DNA of 29,114 bases, taken from the NCBI GenBank assembly GCA_022360375.1, contig JAKSCW010000292.1, positions 1 through 29,114 of the forward strand, in the 5' to 3' direction. Below the pieces are notes generated by a model. The model was given only the letters and a program-made list of their open reading frames with translations, was not told the origin of the DNA and made no database searches. Position 1 is the stretch's first letter. Each line of letters opens with the position of its first letter. Below are positions 1-8,074 of the stretch, piece by piece. The position numbers and the translations under genes were made by a program. This stretch comes from Balneolales bacterium (GTDB taxonomy: Bacteria > Bacteroidota > Rhodothermia > Balneolales > Balneolaceae).

Positions 1-40
1 GAAAAAAGTATGAGGAAAAAAGGTTTAAGTACCTTTTGCC

Positions 41-1576
41 TTAATGCCCATTTTCCCCAACCTGAGTGGCCCATTCGGGGAACATCGTTAGATCAATATC
101 AAACACCATAGGTGCCCAAAAATAAGTGATAACAGAGATTAAAAGGATAGCCAGAATATTTAACGCAAAACCTGTTTTGGCCATCTCCATCATTGAAACC
201 CTTCCCGAACCATAAATAATAGCATTAGGAGGAGTAGCAATCGGGAACATAAAGGCCATTGAAGCGGCCAGGGTAATTGGAATCATCAGAAGCAAAGGAT
301 TCACTTCAATTGTATTTGCGACACTGGAAATAATGGGAAGCATCATTTCTGTAGAGGCTGTATTTGAAGTGAATTCAGTTAAGAAAGTCATTAACCCTGA
401 TGAGGTGAGTATGAGTCCAAATGCAGGGAAACGACTGGCTCCTTCAAGTTGACTACCGATATAATTGGATAATCCGGAATTAATGAATCCACTTGCCAGT
501 GCAAAGCCTCCACCAAAAAGTAATACAATTCCCCAGGGTATTTTCCTGGTAATTTCCCAGGTTACCAAACCTTCTCTTTTTTTGGTTGATGGAATAATGA
601 AAAGCAGCAGGGCTACAAAAATCGCAATGGTTCCATCATTGATGTAACCTGGGTTCTCAAAAACATTGCTCCAACCCGGGATGGTTATTGGCCCGATAGT
701 GAGGGATTTTCTGAAAATCCAAAGCAACGCAAGTGTAATGAACATGACTAAAACACGGCGCTCTTCCTGTTTCATTTTTCCGAGTTCGTCGTATTTGTTT
801 TGAAAGAAATCTTTCCCAACAATCACTTCACCATTTCTTGGAAGGAAACGAAGATACAAGAAGCCTACACTTATAATAAATAACAGTAAGAATAGTGGGG
901 AAGCAAAGAAAAACCAATGCCCGAAAGATATTTCAGGTCCATTTGGATAGATGATCTCAAAAATTCGAACAAAAGAAAGATTGGGAGGTGTACCAACCAA
1001 GGTAGCAAGGCCGCCCAATGAACAGGCATAAGCAACGCCAAGCAGAAGCGCCAGGCTGAAAGATTTGTTTCCTTCTCCGGTTTCTTCATCTAAGGTGGTT
1101 ACTACAGACAGTGCTATAGGGAGCATCATCATTGCTGTTGCGGTATTAGACATCCACATAGACAGAAACGCAGAAGCAAGCATAAAACCAAACAGAATCA
1201 TAAGTGGCTTGCCTCCAACCATGGTAAGAATTTTGAGTGCAATGCGTTTGTGAAGTCCCCATTTCTCAATGGCTAATGCCATAATGAAACCCCCAATGAA
1301 AAGGAAAATCACATAGTTTATATAGGCATCTGATATAGCCCGTCCATCCATTATACCAAATACCGGAAACAGAACTATTGGAAGCAGGGAAGTGGCCCCG
1401 ATAGGTAATGCTTCTGTTACCCACCAAAAAGCCATAAGAATCGCAATTGCTGCTGTATATGTGACTTCAGGGCTCCCGGGTTTTAGATCAAAAAACAGAA
1501 TGAAGGCGAAAAAAAATACGATCCCGGTAATAATGAATGGATAGTTTACCAGTCCTTTATCGTTGATATTCGCCAT
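41..1576 (-). CDS. SLC13/DASS family Na+-coupled di/tricarboxylate (or sulfate) symporter
   Basis: 511-aa polytopic membrane protein. It has both SNT motifs (SMWMSNTAT, TEFTSNTAS), GTPPN and ATPPNAI loops, and WWVTEALP, all typical of NadC/VcINDY-like transporters. An AGGAG Shine-Dalgarno lies upstream. Confidence 0.92.
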   Translation of the reverse strand: MANINDKGLVNYPFIITGIVFFFAFILFFDLKPGSPEVTYTAAIAILMAFWWVTEALPIGATSLLPIVLFPVFGIMDGRAISDAYINYVIFLFIGGFIMALAIEKWGLHKRIALKILTMVGGKPLMILFGFMLASAFLSMWMSNTATAMMMLPIALSVVTTLDEETGEGNKSFSLALLLGVAYACSLGGLATLVGTPPNLSFVRIFEIIYPNGPEISFGHWFFFASPLFLLLFIISVGFLYLRFLPRNGEVIVGKDFFQNKYDELGKMKQEERRVLVMFITLALLWIFRKSLTIGPITIPGWSNVFENPGYINDGTIAIFVALLLFIIPSTKKREGLVTWEITRKIPWGIVLLFGGGFALASGFINSGLSNYIGSQLEGASRFPAFGLILTSSGLMTFLTEFTSNTASTEMMLPIISSVANTIEVNPLLLMIPITLAASMAFMFPIATPPNAIIYGSGRVSMMEMAKTGFALNILAILLISVITYFWAPMVFDIDLTMFPEWATQVGENGH

Positions 1577-1588
1577 ATATAACTCCTG

Positions 1589-2884
1589 TTAGTTAATCGT
1601 AATTTGGTATTGAAGAACCATCATATTTTTGCGTTCCTCTACCGCAATATCGGTTCCGTTGTCAAAGAAAACTGGTCGATTTTGTAAGCCGAGTGTAAGT
1701 TTGTTCAAGTGCCCTTTTATGAACAAATTCACACCGAGATCATATACAAGAACCGGGTCATCCAACTTTTCGAACTGAGAGAACTGGATAGCAATATTGG
1801 GTTGAATTTGTTCATTTCCCTCACCCAATAAATCTTTTCTCATAAGGTAGCCCAGTTGAAAGAAAATCGTTGTGCCGGTGCCCATCATAGGGAAAGCATT
1901 TCCAGTTCCATTAAAAGACCGGTTCCCATTTGTTCCATTTGCCGCATTGTTTGCCCCAACATTTCGAATATAATCAGGGCCATAATCCATTTGGTACCAT
2001 CCCAGGAAAGAGGTAATGGCGGTTCCGGCGCTTGAGTTTACTGGTGAGTCAAAAAAAACATCAACTGCAAAATGGGTTAAATCATGAAAAAGAGTGTCTG
2101 TTCCATTTGGGGAAGACCAGGTTGCCCTTGGCTGATGCATGAAACCCAGGCCAATATTGAATACCTTTTTACTACCCAGGTGGGTACTGCTTGAGTATCC
2201 GGATTTGTTACTCTCTTTATCAAAAAATTCATATTTGACATATCCTGATGATTTAAGCCTGGGCATAATAGTAGCGAATTCAGCGTCTGCAGCAGGTGCG
2301 CCTCCATTATAGGCCAGGGTATTATTCAGCACAAACCGGTAATCAACATCTTTCACTTTGCCCTTAATCCAAAGCCCAAGATTCCGGGCTGTATCATCGG
2401 TCCGATTAACCGTATTTAATGAGAAAAGCGGAGCATCCAGCGCCATTAGTGAAGCACTGCTGCGTACATTATTTCTGGTTAAGCCTTGCCAGCCAGATTT
2501 TCCCATGCCAAGTTCTATGAAGTCTGAAAATTTATATTCTGCATACAGGTCAAGCACTTTCAGAACAAAAGTATCGCTGGTTGTATAATTCATATTGTTT
2601 CCACCGAATAAGGCAGACATATATATTTTTGGAGTCACCTGGGCATTAATGTTTAATCTTAGCCTCCGGGCAGAAACATCGAAATACGTATCCGCTGCTT
2701 CTCCATAAATTTCTGAACCGGGATTTAAATCCGTATACCTTGCCCATAATTGAGCACGGATGGAGGCACGAACATACGTAGTTCCTTCCTCATCAAAATT
2801 CAGACGAAGAGCACCGCTTTGTGAATAAAGATTAGGTGAAAGAATAGCTAATAAGAGAAATGCATACGGCAGAAAGTATTTCAT
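1589..2884 (-). CDS. Putative outer-membrane beta-barrel/porin-like protein
   Basis: The ORF track starts at 3013, but that extension runs through the sucD terminator. ATG 2884 gives MKYFLPYAFLLLAILSPNLYSQ, a signal peptide. The mature part is rich in alternating aromatic beta-strands and ends VLQYQITIN. It stops 12 nt before the DASS gene. Confidence 0.6.
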   Translation of the reverse strand: MKYFLPYAFLLLAILSPNLYSQSGALRLNFDEEGTTYVRASIRAQLWARYTDLNPGSEIYGEAADTYFDVSARRLRLNINAQVTPKIYMSALFGGNNMNYTTSDTFVLKVLDLYAEYKFSDFIELGMGKSGWQGLTRNNVRSSASLMALDAPLFSLNTVNRTDDTARNLGLWIKGKVKDVDYRFVLNNTLAYNGGAPAADAEFATIMPRLKSSGYVKYEFFDKESNKSGYSSSTHLGSKKVFNIGLGFMHQPRATWSSPNGTDTLFHDLTHFAVDVFFDSPVNSSAGTAITSFLGWYQMDYGPDYIRNVGANNAANGTNGNRSFNGTGNAFPMMGTGTTIFFQLGYLMRKDLLGEGNEQIQPNIAIQFSQFEKLDDPVLVYDLGVNLFIKGHLNKLTLGLQNRPVFFDNGTDIAVEERKNMMVLQYQITIN

Positions 2885-2974
2885 ATGATTTTTTATTGCA
2901 ACGGTAGCTAATCTATAAGAACTGAATGTGAAGTGAATGTCAAAAATCCCGCTTAATGAACAAAATCCCGAATA

Positions 2975-3010
2975 CAAAAAAAGCCCTCTTATATGTTTGT
3001 AAAAGGGCTT
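2975..3010 (-). terminator. Intrinsic terminator downstream of sucD
   Basis: Minus strand reads AAGCCCTTTTA-loop-TAAGAGGGCTT followed by TTTTTG: an 11-bp stem with one G-U pair, then a U-tract. Confidence 0.75.
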
Positions 3011-3034
3011 CAAAATCTGGGGTATAAGCGTTGG

Positions 3035-3904
3035 TCAGGCTAGCACACTTTTCAATGTTTCCCCGATATCAGCAGGGCTTTCCACAACAGTAATACCAGC
3101 ATCGGCCAGGGCCTTTTTCTTTTCCTGGGCGGTTCCTTTTCCACCTGAGATAATAGCACCGGCGTGCCCCATTCTCCGGCCCGGAGGCGCTGTGGAACCA
3201 GCAATGAATGCAACTACAGGTTTAGTTACATGCTCTTTAATATATGCGGCGGCTTCTTCTTCTGCAGAACCTCCGATTTCACCAATAAGTACAATAGATT
3301 CTGTATCGGGATCATCCTGGAATAGTTTTACCGCATCAAGGTGAGTGGTGCCAATTACAGGGTCGCCACCAATTCCTATAGCAGTGCTTTGGCCTAACCC
3401 CGCTTTTGTAAGCTGATCAACGGCTTCATAAGTCAATGTACCTGAGCGGGAAATCAATCCTACAGGTCCGGGTGTGAAAATGAATCCTGGCATAATTCCA
3501 ACTTTGGCTTCACCTGGAGTGATGACCCCGGGGCAATTTGGGCCAACCAAAGTAGCTCCATGGCTCTTCACGATTTGTTTGGCGGTTATCATATCTTTAA
3601 CGGGAATTCCTTCCGTTATGCAAATAATTACTTTGATCCCTGCAAAGGCAGCTTCAGAAATAGCATCAGCAGCAAAAGCAGGGGGTACGAAAATCACTGA
3701 GGTATTAGCCCCTTCTTTTTCAACAGATTCAGCAACAGTGTTGAAAACAGGGCGATCCAAATGTATTTGGCCACCCTTTCCCGGTGTAACGCCCCCTACA
3801 ACATTAGTTCCGTATTCTATCATTTGCCCGGCATGAAAGCTGCCCTCGCTACCGGTAAAGCCTTGTACAATAAGGCGAGTATCTTTTCCAACTAATACGC
3901 TCAT
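3035..3904 (-). CDS. sucD: Succinyl-CoA ligase alpha subunit
   Basis: Recognisable motifs [37 protein letters not shown], and the catalytic-His motif RMGHAGA. Confidence 0.98.
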   Translation of the reverse strand: MSVLVGKDTRLIVQGFTGSEGSFHAGQMIEYGTNVVGGVTPGKGGQIHLDRPVFNTVAESVEKEGANTSVIFVPPAFAADAISEAAFAGIKVIICITEGIPVKDMITAKQIVKSHGATLVGPNCPGVITPGEAKVGIMPGFIFTPGPVGLISRSGTLTYEAVDQLTKAGLGQSTAIGIGGDPVIGTTHLDAVKLFQDDPDTESIVLIGEIGGSAEEEAAAYIKEHVTKPVVAFIAGSTAPPGRRMGHAGAIISGGKGTAQEKKKALADAGITVVESPADIGETLKSVLA

Positions 3905-4034
3905 ACTTATTTTTTGATGTGAATTTCTGAGGGCAGGAATATAAGGGCTAGTTCACAAAGTAGCTAAGCAGTTAAAATTTAATTCTGGTTAAAAGTTTTG
4001 CTGAACCTTTGCTGCTTTGTAGCTATAATGCTGT

Positions 4035-6041
4035 ATGATTAGTGAGGCCAAAAAAGAAGAAGTCCGGGATGCAGCCGACATCGTTGAAGTTGTTTCCGAT
4101 TATGTGAAGTTGAAGCGTTCGGGAAGTGGCTTTATCGGGCTTTGTCCATATCATAACGAGAAGACTCCTTCTTTTCATGTAACCCCGAGATTGGGTATTT
4201 ATAAGTGCTTTGGATGTGGGGAATCAGGCGATGTATTTAAATTTGTGATGGACCAGGAGGGAATAGGTTTCAATGAAGCTGTTAGACAACTGGCAGATCG
4301 TTACGGGGTTTTTATTCCCGAGGAGGAACCTTCTGAGGAGCAAAGTGAATCTTATCAACTTAAGGAAGGAATTTATCATGCATTGAAGTTTGCAGGCATA
4401 TTCTACTACCGGAATTTAATAGAAAACCCGGAAGCGGAGAAAGCACTGCAATACCTGGAAAAACGAGGGTACAATCAGCAAACGATCAAAGATTTTGGTT
4501 TGGGATATTCTCCTTCAGGAGGAAGTGATTTATGGCATGCTTCGCAAAATGCCGGGGTTGACGAGCAATACTTAGTGGAGGCCGACCTTATTAAACCCAG
4601 CCAAAGAGGGGAAGGGTTTTATGATACTTTTCGCGGGAGACTCATGTTTCCAATTTTTTCTCCAAGTAAGAGAGTAATTGCTTTTGCAGGAAGAATTCTG
4701 GGAAACGAAAAAACAGCGAAGTATATCAATTCCTCCCAAACAAAGGTCTACAACAAAAGCGAAGTGGTGTATGGGGTGAACTTCTCGAAGAATGATATCC
4801 GTAAGCATAAAGAAGTGATTTTAGTAGAAGGGTATACGGATGTAATTACTTTGCATGAACATGACATAAAAAATGTGGTAGCAAGTTCGGGTACAGCACT
4901 AACACCGGGACAGATGAAGATTTTACACCGGTTTGGAAACCGGATTGTAATGATTTACGATGCCGATAATGCCGGGCAAGCGGCCATGAAACGAGGGATT
5001 GATATCGCGTTAGCGGAAGGGATGGAAGTTCAGTTGCTGGAATTACCTGATGGAGAAGATCCCGACTCTTTTGTTAAGCAATTCGGGAAGGAATCCTTCG
5101 AAGAGTTAAAAAACAAAGAAGCCAAAGATTTTGTCGATTTTCTGATGCTTAAGGCAGATGAAGAGGGGAGGCTCGACAAACCGATAGAATTGAGTAAAGT
5201 GATTACCGAAATTCTGGAGGCCATAGCTAATATTCCCGAGCAGATTCAGCGGCAGGTATATGTACAGCATCTCCATCAGAAAACTCAAAAATTCCGCCGG
5301 GGTACAGACCGCGAATTGTTTGAAGAGCTGGATCGTATTTTTGCAAAAAAGAAGCAAGAAAAAAACAGAGATCGACTTCGGGACGAGCGCAGGGAAGGGC
5401 AAAGCCCTGCTGGTGATGAATCAACAGCAATTCCGGAAGAGGAAAAAACGAAGCTTCCAGCTGATCATCCAGGTCCATTAGTTAAGAAGCCTCATTATGA
5501 AAAGGAACTCATCCGCCTGATGATTACCTATGGTAAAGATATGGTGACCTATATCTGTTCGCTAACGAATGAGAAATTGTTTGAGGATGTAGAACTCCGG
5601 CGATTCTATGTTGACATTGTTGAACGGTATAAGAACAATCAGGAAATAAGCATTGAGGTGTATTCTGGTATGGCCAATTCATTTCCCCGATTAGTTGGTG
5701 ATGTTTTGTTGGAACAACACTCGGCGAGTGAACGACATCATGAAAAAACCGGGATTAAATACGAGAAAGATAAGTTTCCATACAAAACAGCAAAAAGCTC
5801 GATCATGGCAATGGAATTGAGTTTTTTCAAAAGAAAAAGAGAAGAACTGGCAGAAAAACTTCGATCTGCTACTCCGGACGAGAAACGGGCTATTTCCAAA
5901 ATTCAGTCTGACATTCAGGACAAAATCACTCAAAGAGAAAAAATGGATTCCGATGATTTTTACCCCGATCCCGAGGGTGTTTCGGAGGAGGATAAAGGGA
6001 AAAAGGTATTTAAATATGAAATGAAAGCGAAGAAGAGCTAG
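4035..6041 (+). CDS. dnaG: DNA primase
   Basis: CHC2 zinc finger (CPYHNEKTPSF...CFGC), KYINS motif, TOPRIM EGYTD, YDAD and GEDPD, followed by a helical C-terminal region. Confidence 0.97.
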   Translation: MISEAKKEEVRDAADIVEVVSDYVKLKRSGSGFIGLCPYHNEKTPSFHVTPRLGIYKCFGCGESGDVFKFVMDQEGIGFNEAVRQLADRYGVFIPEEEPSEEQSESYQLKEGIYHALKFAGIFYYRNLIENPEAEKALQYLEKRGYNQQTIKDFGLGYSPSGGSDLWHASQNAGVDEQYLVEADLIKPSQRGEGFYDTFRGRLMFPIFSPSKRVIAFAGRILGNEKTAKYINSSQTKVYNKSEVVYGVNFSKNDIRKHKEVILVEGYTDVITLHEHDIKNVVASSGTALTPGQMKILHRFGNRIVMIYDADNAGQAAMKRGIDIALAEGMEVQLLELPDGEDPDSFVKQFGKESFEELKNKEAKDFVDFLMLKADEEGRLDKPIELSKVITEILEAIANIPEQIQRQVYVQHLHQKTQKFRRGTDRELFEELDRIFAKKKQEKNRDRLRDERREGQSPAGDESTAIPEEEKTKLPADHPGPLVKKPHYEKELIRLMITYGKDMVTYICSLTNEKLFEDVELRRFYVDIVERYKNNQEISIEVYSGMANSFPRLVGDVLLEQHSASERHHEKTGIKYEKDKFPYKTAKSSIMAMELSFFKRKREELAEKLRSATPDEKRAISKIQSDIQDKITQREKMDSDDFYPDPEGVSEEDKGKKVFKYEMKAKKS

Positions 6042-6451
6042 TTCCCTGGTTTTTGATAGTTAAACATCCAGCGAATCCCAAACTGGTCTTCAAGTTGACC
6101 AAAAATGGCTCCCCAAAACGTGTCTTGTAAATCCATATGGATGTTTCCACCGGCAGCAAGTTTTCCCCATGTAAGACGAAGTTCCGTTTCAGAATCAAAA
6201 GAAAGATTCAGGTGAACGTTATCGCCTTTGGTAATTTCCTTATGAGGCGCACCATCCGAAAACATCAGGTTGAAATGCTCGGTTTTTAATTCAGCATGCA
6301 TGATTTTTTGCTTATAGTCATCACTTACCGGCATGCTGGCATCACCAAAGCGTTGTAACGAAACTACTTCTGCATTCAGAGCTTTCTTATAAAACTCTAT
6401 GGCTTCTTCACAGTTTCCCGGAAAAAATAAATATGGCGAAATAGCTGGCAT
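6038..6451 (-). CDS. VOC/glyoxalase superfamily protein, PhnB-like
   Basis: PYLFFPGNCEEAIEFY, IMHAEL, LMFSD and FWGAIFGQLEDQFGIRWM match the PhnB/3-demethylubiquinone-MT-like VOC family. Confidence 0.88.
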   Translation of the reverse strand: MPAISPYLFFPGNCEEAIEFYKKALNAEVVSLQRFGDASMPVSDDYKQKIMHAELKTEHFNLMFSDGAPHKEITKGDNVHLNLSFDSETELRLTWGKLAAGGNIHMDLQDTFWGAIFGQLEDQFGIRWMFNYQKPGN

Positions 6452-6482
6452 AAGTACCCCTTTTCTTCGAGTATAGTTAAAA

Positions 6483-7163
6483 TCAGGTGCGAGTCAAAGC
6501 ATAAACCAGAATATTAACCCCCATTTTAAGGGCAGTTTCCCTAACACTCTGAGGGTTGTTATGTACTTCCTGGTCAGCCCAGCCATCTCCTAAGTTTGAT
6601 TCGTAGGTGTAGTACATAACCAATTTTCCATTTCTGAATAATCCATATCCCCGCGGAGATTGATTATCATGCTCATGAATTTTAGGAAGGCCCTGTGGAA
6701 ACTCAAAAACCTGGTTATAAATAGGGTGGTTAAAAGGAAGCTCGATAAATTCTTCATCGGGGAAAACCCGTGCTATCAAATCCCGGATGTGTTCATCTAA
6801 TCCATAATCATCATCCACGTAAAGGAAACCACCGTTTTCAAGATATTCCCGAAGATTTCGTACTTCTGTATTGTTTGCGGTAATAGTACCATGACCGGTT
6901 AAAAACAAAAAGGGATAAGAATGAATCTCGGTGCTTCCTAAAGCGACATCCTGGTAATTTGGAGAAATGGAAATAGGAACCTGTTGATTGGTATACGCAA
7001 TCAAATTTTTAAGGGAAGAGGGGTCATTGTACCAATCTCCACCACCACGGTATTGAACACGTGCTATTTCAAAACCTTCATACGTTTGAGCGTAGGCTAA
7101 TTGAGTTCCTGACAGGGGTACTAAGAAGCATGAAATAAGTAAATAAAAAAGGTTCCGTTTCAT
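6483..7163 (-). CDS. DUF4159-like secreted protein
   Basis: Start reassigned to ATG 7163 (MKRNLFYLL..., signal peptide), which removes the overlap with the upstream gene. GGGDWY, YPFLFLTGHG, YLENGGFL.DD and ESNLGDGW are motifs I associate with DUF4159. Confidence 0.8.
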   Translation of the reverse strand: MKRNLFYLLISCFLVPLSGTQLAYAQTYEGFEIARVQYRGGGDWYNDPSSLKNLIAYTNQQVPISISPNYQDVALGSTEIHSYPFLFLTGHGTITANNTEVRNLREYLENGGFLYVDDDYGLDEHIRDLIARVFPDEEFIELPFNHPIYNQVFEFPQGLPKIHEHDNQSPRGYGLFRNGKLVMYYTYESNLGDGWADQEVHNNPQSVRETALKMGVNILVYALTRT

Positions 7164-7173
7164 TTCAGCGTAA

Positions 7174-8070
7174 CTATTCTGCAGGTCTAAGGATATTGGT
7201 TCTGATGGTATCAGTAGTGAAACTGCCAAAAACTCCGATTGCCTGGTCAATATTGTAATTCAGGTTGGGAATTTCACCTGGTGAAACAGAAAATCCTCCG
7301 AGTTGAGTTTCCTGCGAACTTACAAAATCGAATAGATTATCATCTACGGTACTCACTATCAGGTCGTTGATTCCATAGAAAGCTATTGCCAACCAGGGTA
7401 CATCCAGGTTTATAGTTCCATCTTCATTCTCTGTGAAATTTCCTTCATTTAATGTTCCTGAAGAGGTTGCCCGAAAATCCTCTAACGTTAAATCGTCATC
7501 ACTGTCGAAGAAATCAAAATAAATAGGGGTAAGGTTTTCGACACTGGTATCTTGTGCAATGGATGTAAAAATGTAAATGCTTTGCCGGCCGGGATATTCA
7601 CTTGGTGTGAGTACTAATTCCAACTGTTCTTCTCCTTGGTATTCCACGGATTGATTATCTTCGGTAAGAAGCTCAAATGCACCGGGGGTAATGGTATGTG
7701 CTGTAATTTCAGTTTCATCCGGTGCTGTAATTACAAGACGGTAGGTATGCCCGGGTTCTACAAAATCTTCAAAATCGGGGAGGTATACTCCCGGTGTAGA
7801 CTCCGAATAAGTGATTACATTATCCGGAGCTGATCCTATCCCGCCCCCCAGGGATTCAATCCTGATATCCGCCCCCGACACTGCTACATCTTCAAAACTG
7901 TAGGATTCGAAAGCAGGGTTTGTGGTACTAAAAAGGATTTCCGGAAATTGTTCGCCTGAAAACAGGTAGGCTTCTATCACAAAGTACTCTATATAGTCTT
8001 CGTCTTCATAATTGACGCATGAATTAAGTACGGCTAAGCTAATTAATAAGAGTGGCAGTAGATACTTCAT
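7174..8070 (-). CDS. DUF4249-like lipoprotein
   Basis: Lipobox LAVLNSC followed by an acidic stretch. YRLVIT...ITAHT and NIDQAIGVFGS motifs. It lies directly behind a TonB-dependent receptor, the usual context for this family. Confidence 0.72.
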   Translation of the reverse strand: MKYLLPLLLISLAVLNSCVNYEDEDYIEYFVIEAYLFSGEQFPEILFSTTNPAFESYSFEDVAVSGADIRIESLGGGIGSAPDNVITYSESTPGVYLPDFEDFVEPGHTYRLVITAPDETEITAHTITPGAFELLTEDNQSVEYQGEEQLELVLTPSEYPGRQSIYIFTSIAQDTSVENLTPIYFDFFDSDDDLTLEDFRATSSGTLNEGNFTENEDGTINLDVPWLAIAFYGINDLIVSTVDDNLFDFVSSQETQLGGFSVSPGEIPNLNYNIDQAIGVFGSFTTDTIRTNILRPAE

Positions 8071-8074
8071 AGTG

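Noticed and set aside
2885-3013. 5' extension of the outer-membrane protein ORF to 3013
   Set aside because: It crosses the sucD terminator and places 43 non-signal residues before a clear signal peptide starting at 2884.
3474-3836. 120-aa plus-strand ORF opposite sucD, and similar short antisense or nested ORFs in the track (for example 12244-12579, 22245-22571, 22568-22936, 24670-25203)
   Set aside because: They are shadow frames of well-conserved genes, with no recognisable motifs or translation signals.
3035-3904. sucD without adjacent sucC
   Set aside because: Split sucC/sucD is common in FCB-group genomes, so it is not unusual.
7164-7250. Apparent 77-nt overlap of the DUF4159-like and DUF4249-like genes
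   Set aside because: This is an artefact of the longest-ORF start. ATG 7163 gives a proper signal peptide and no overlap.
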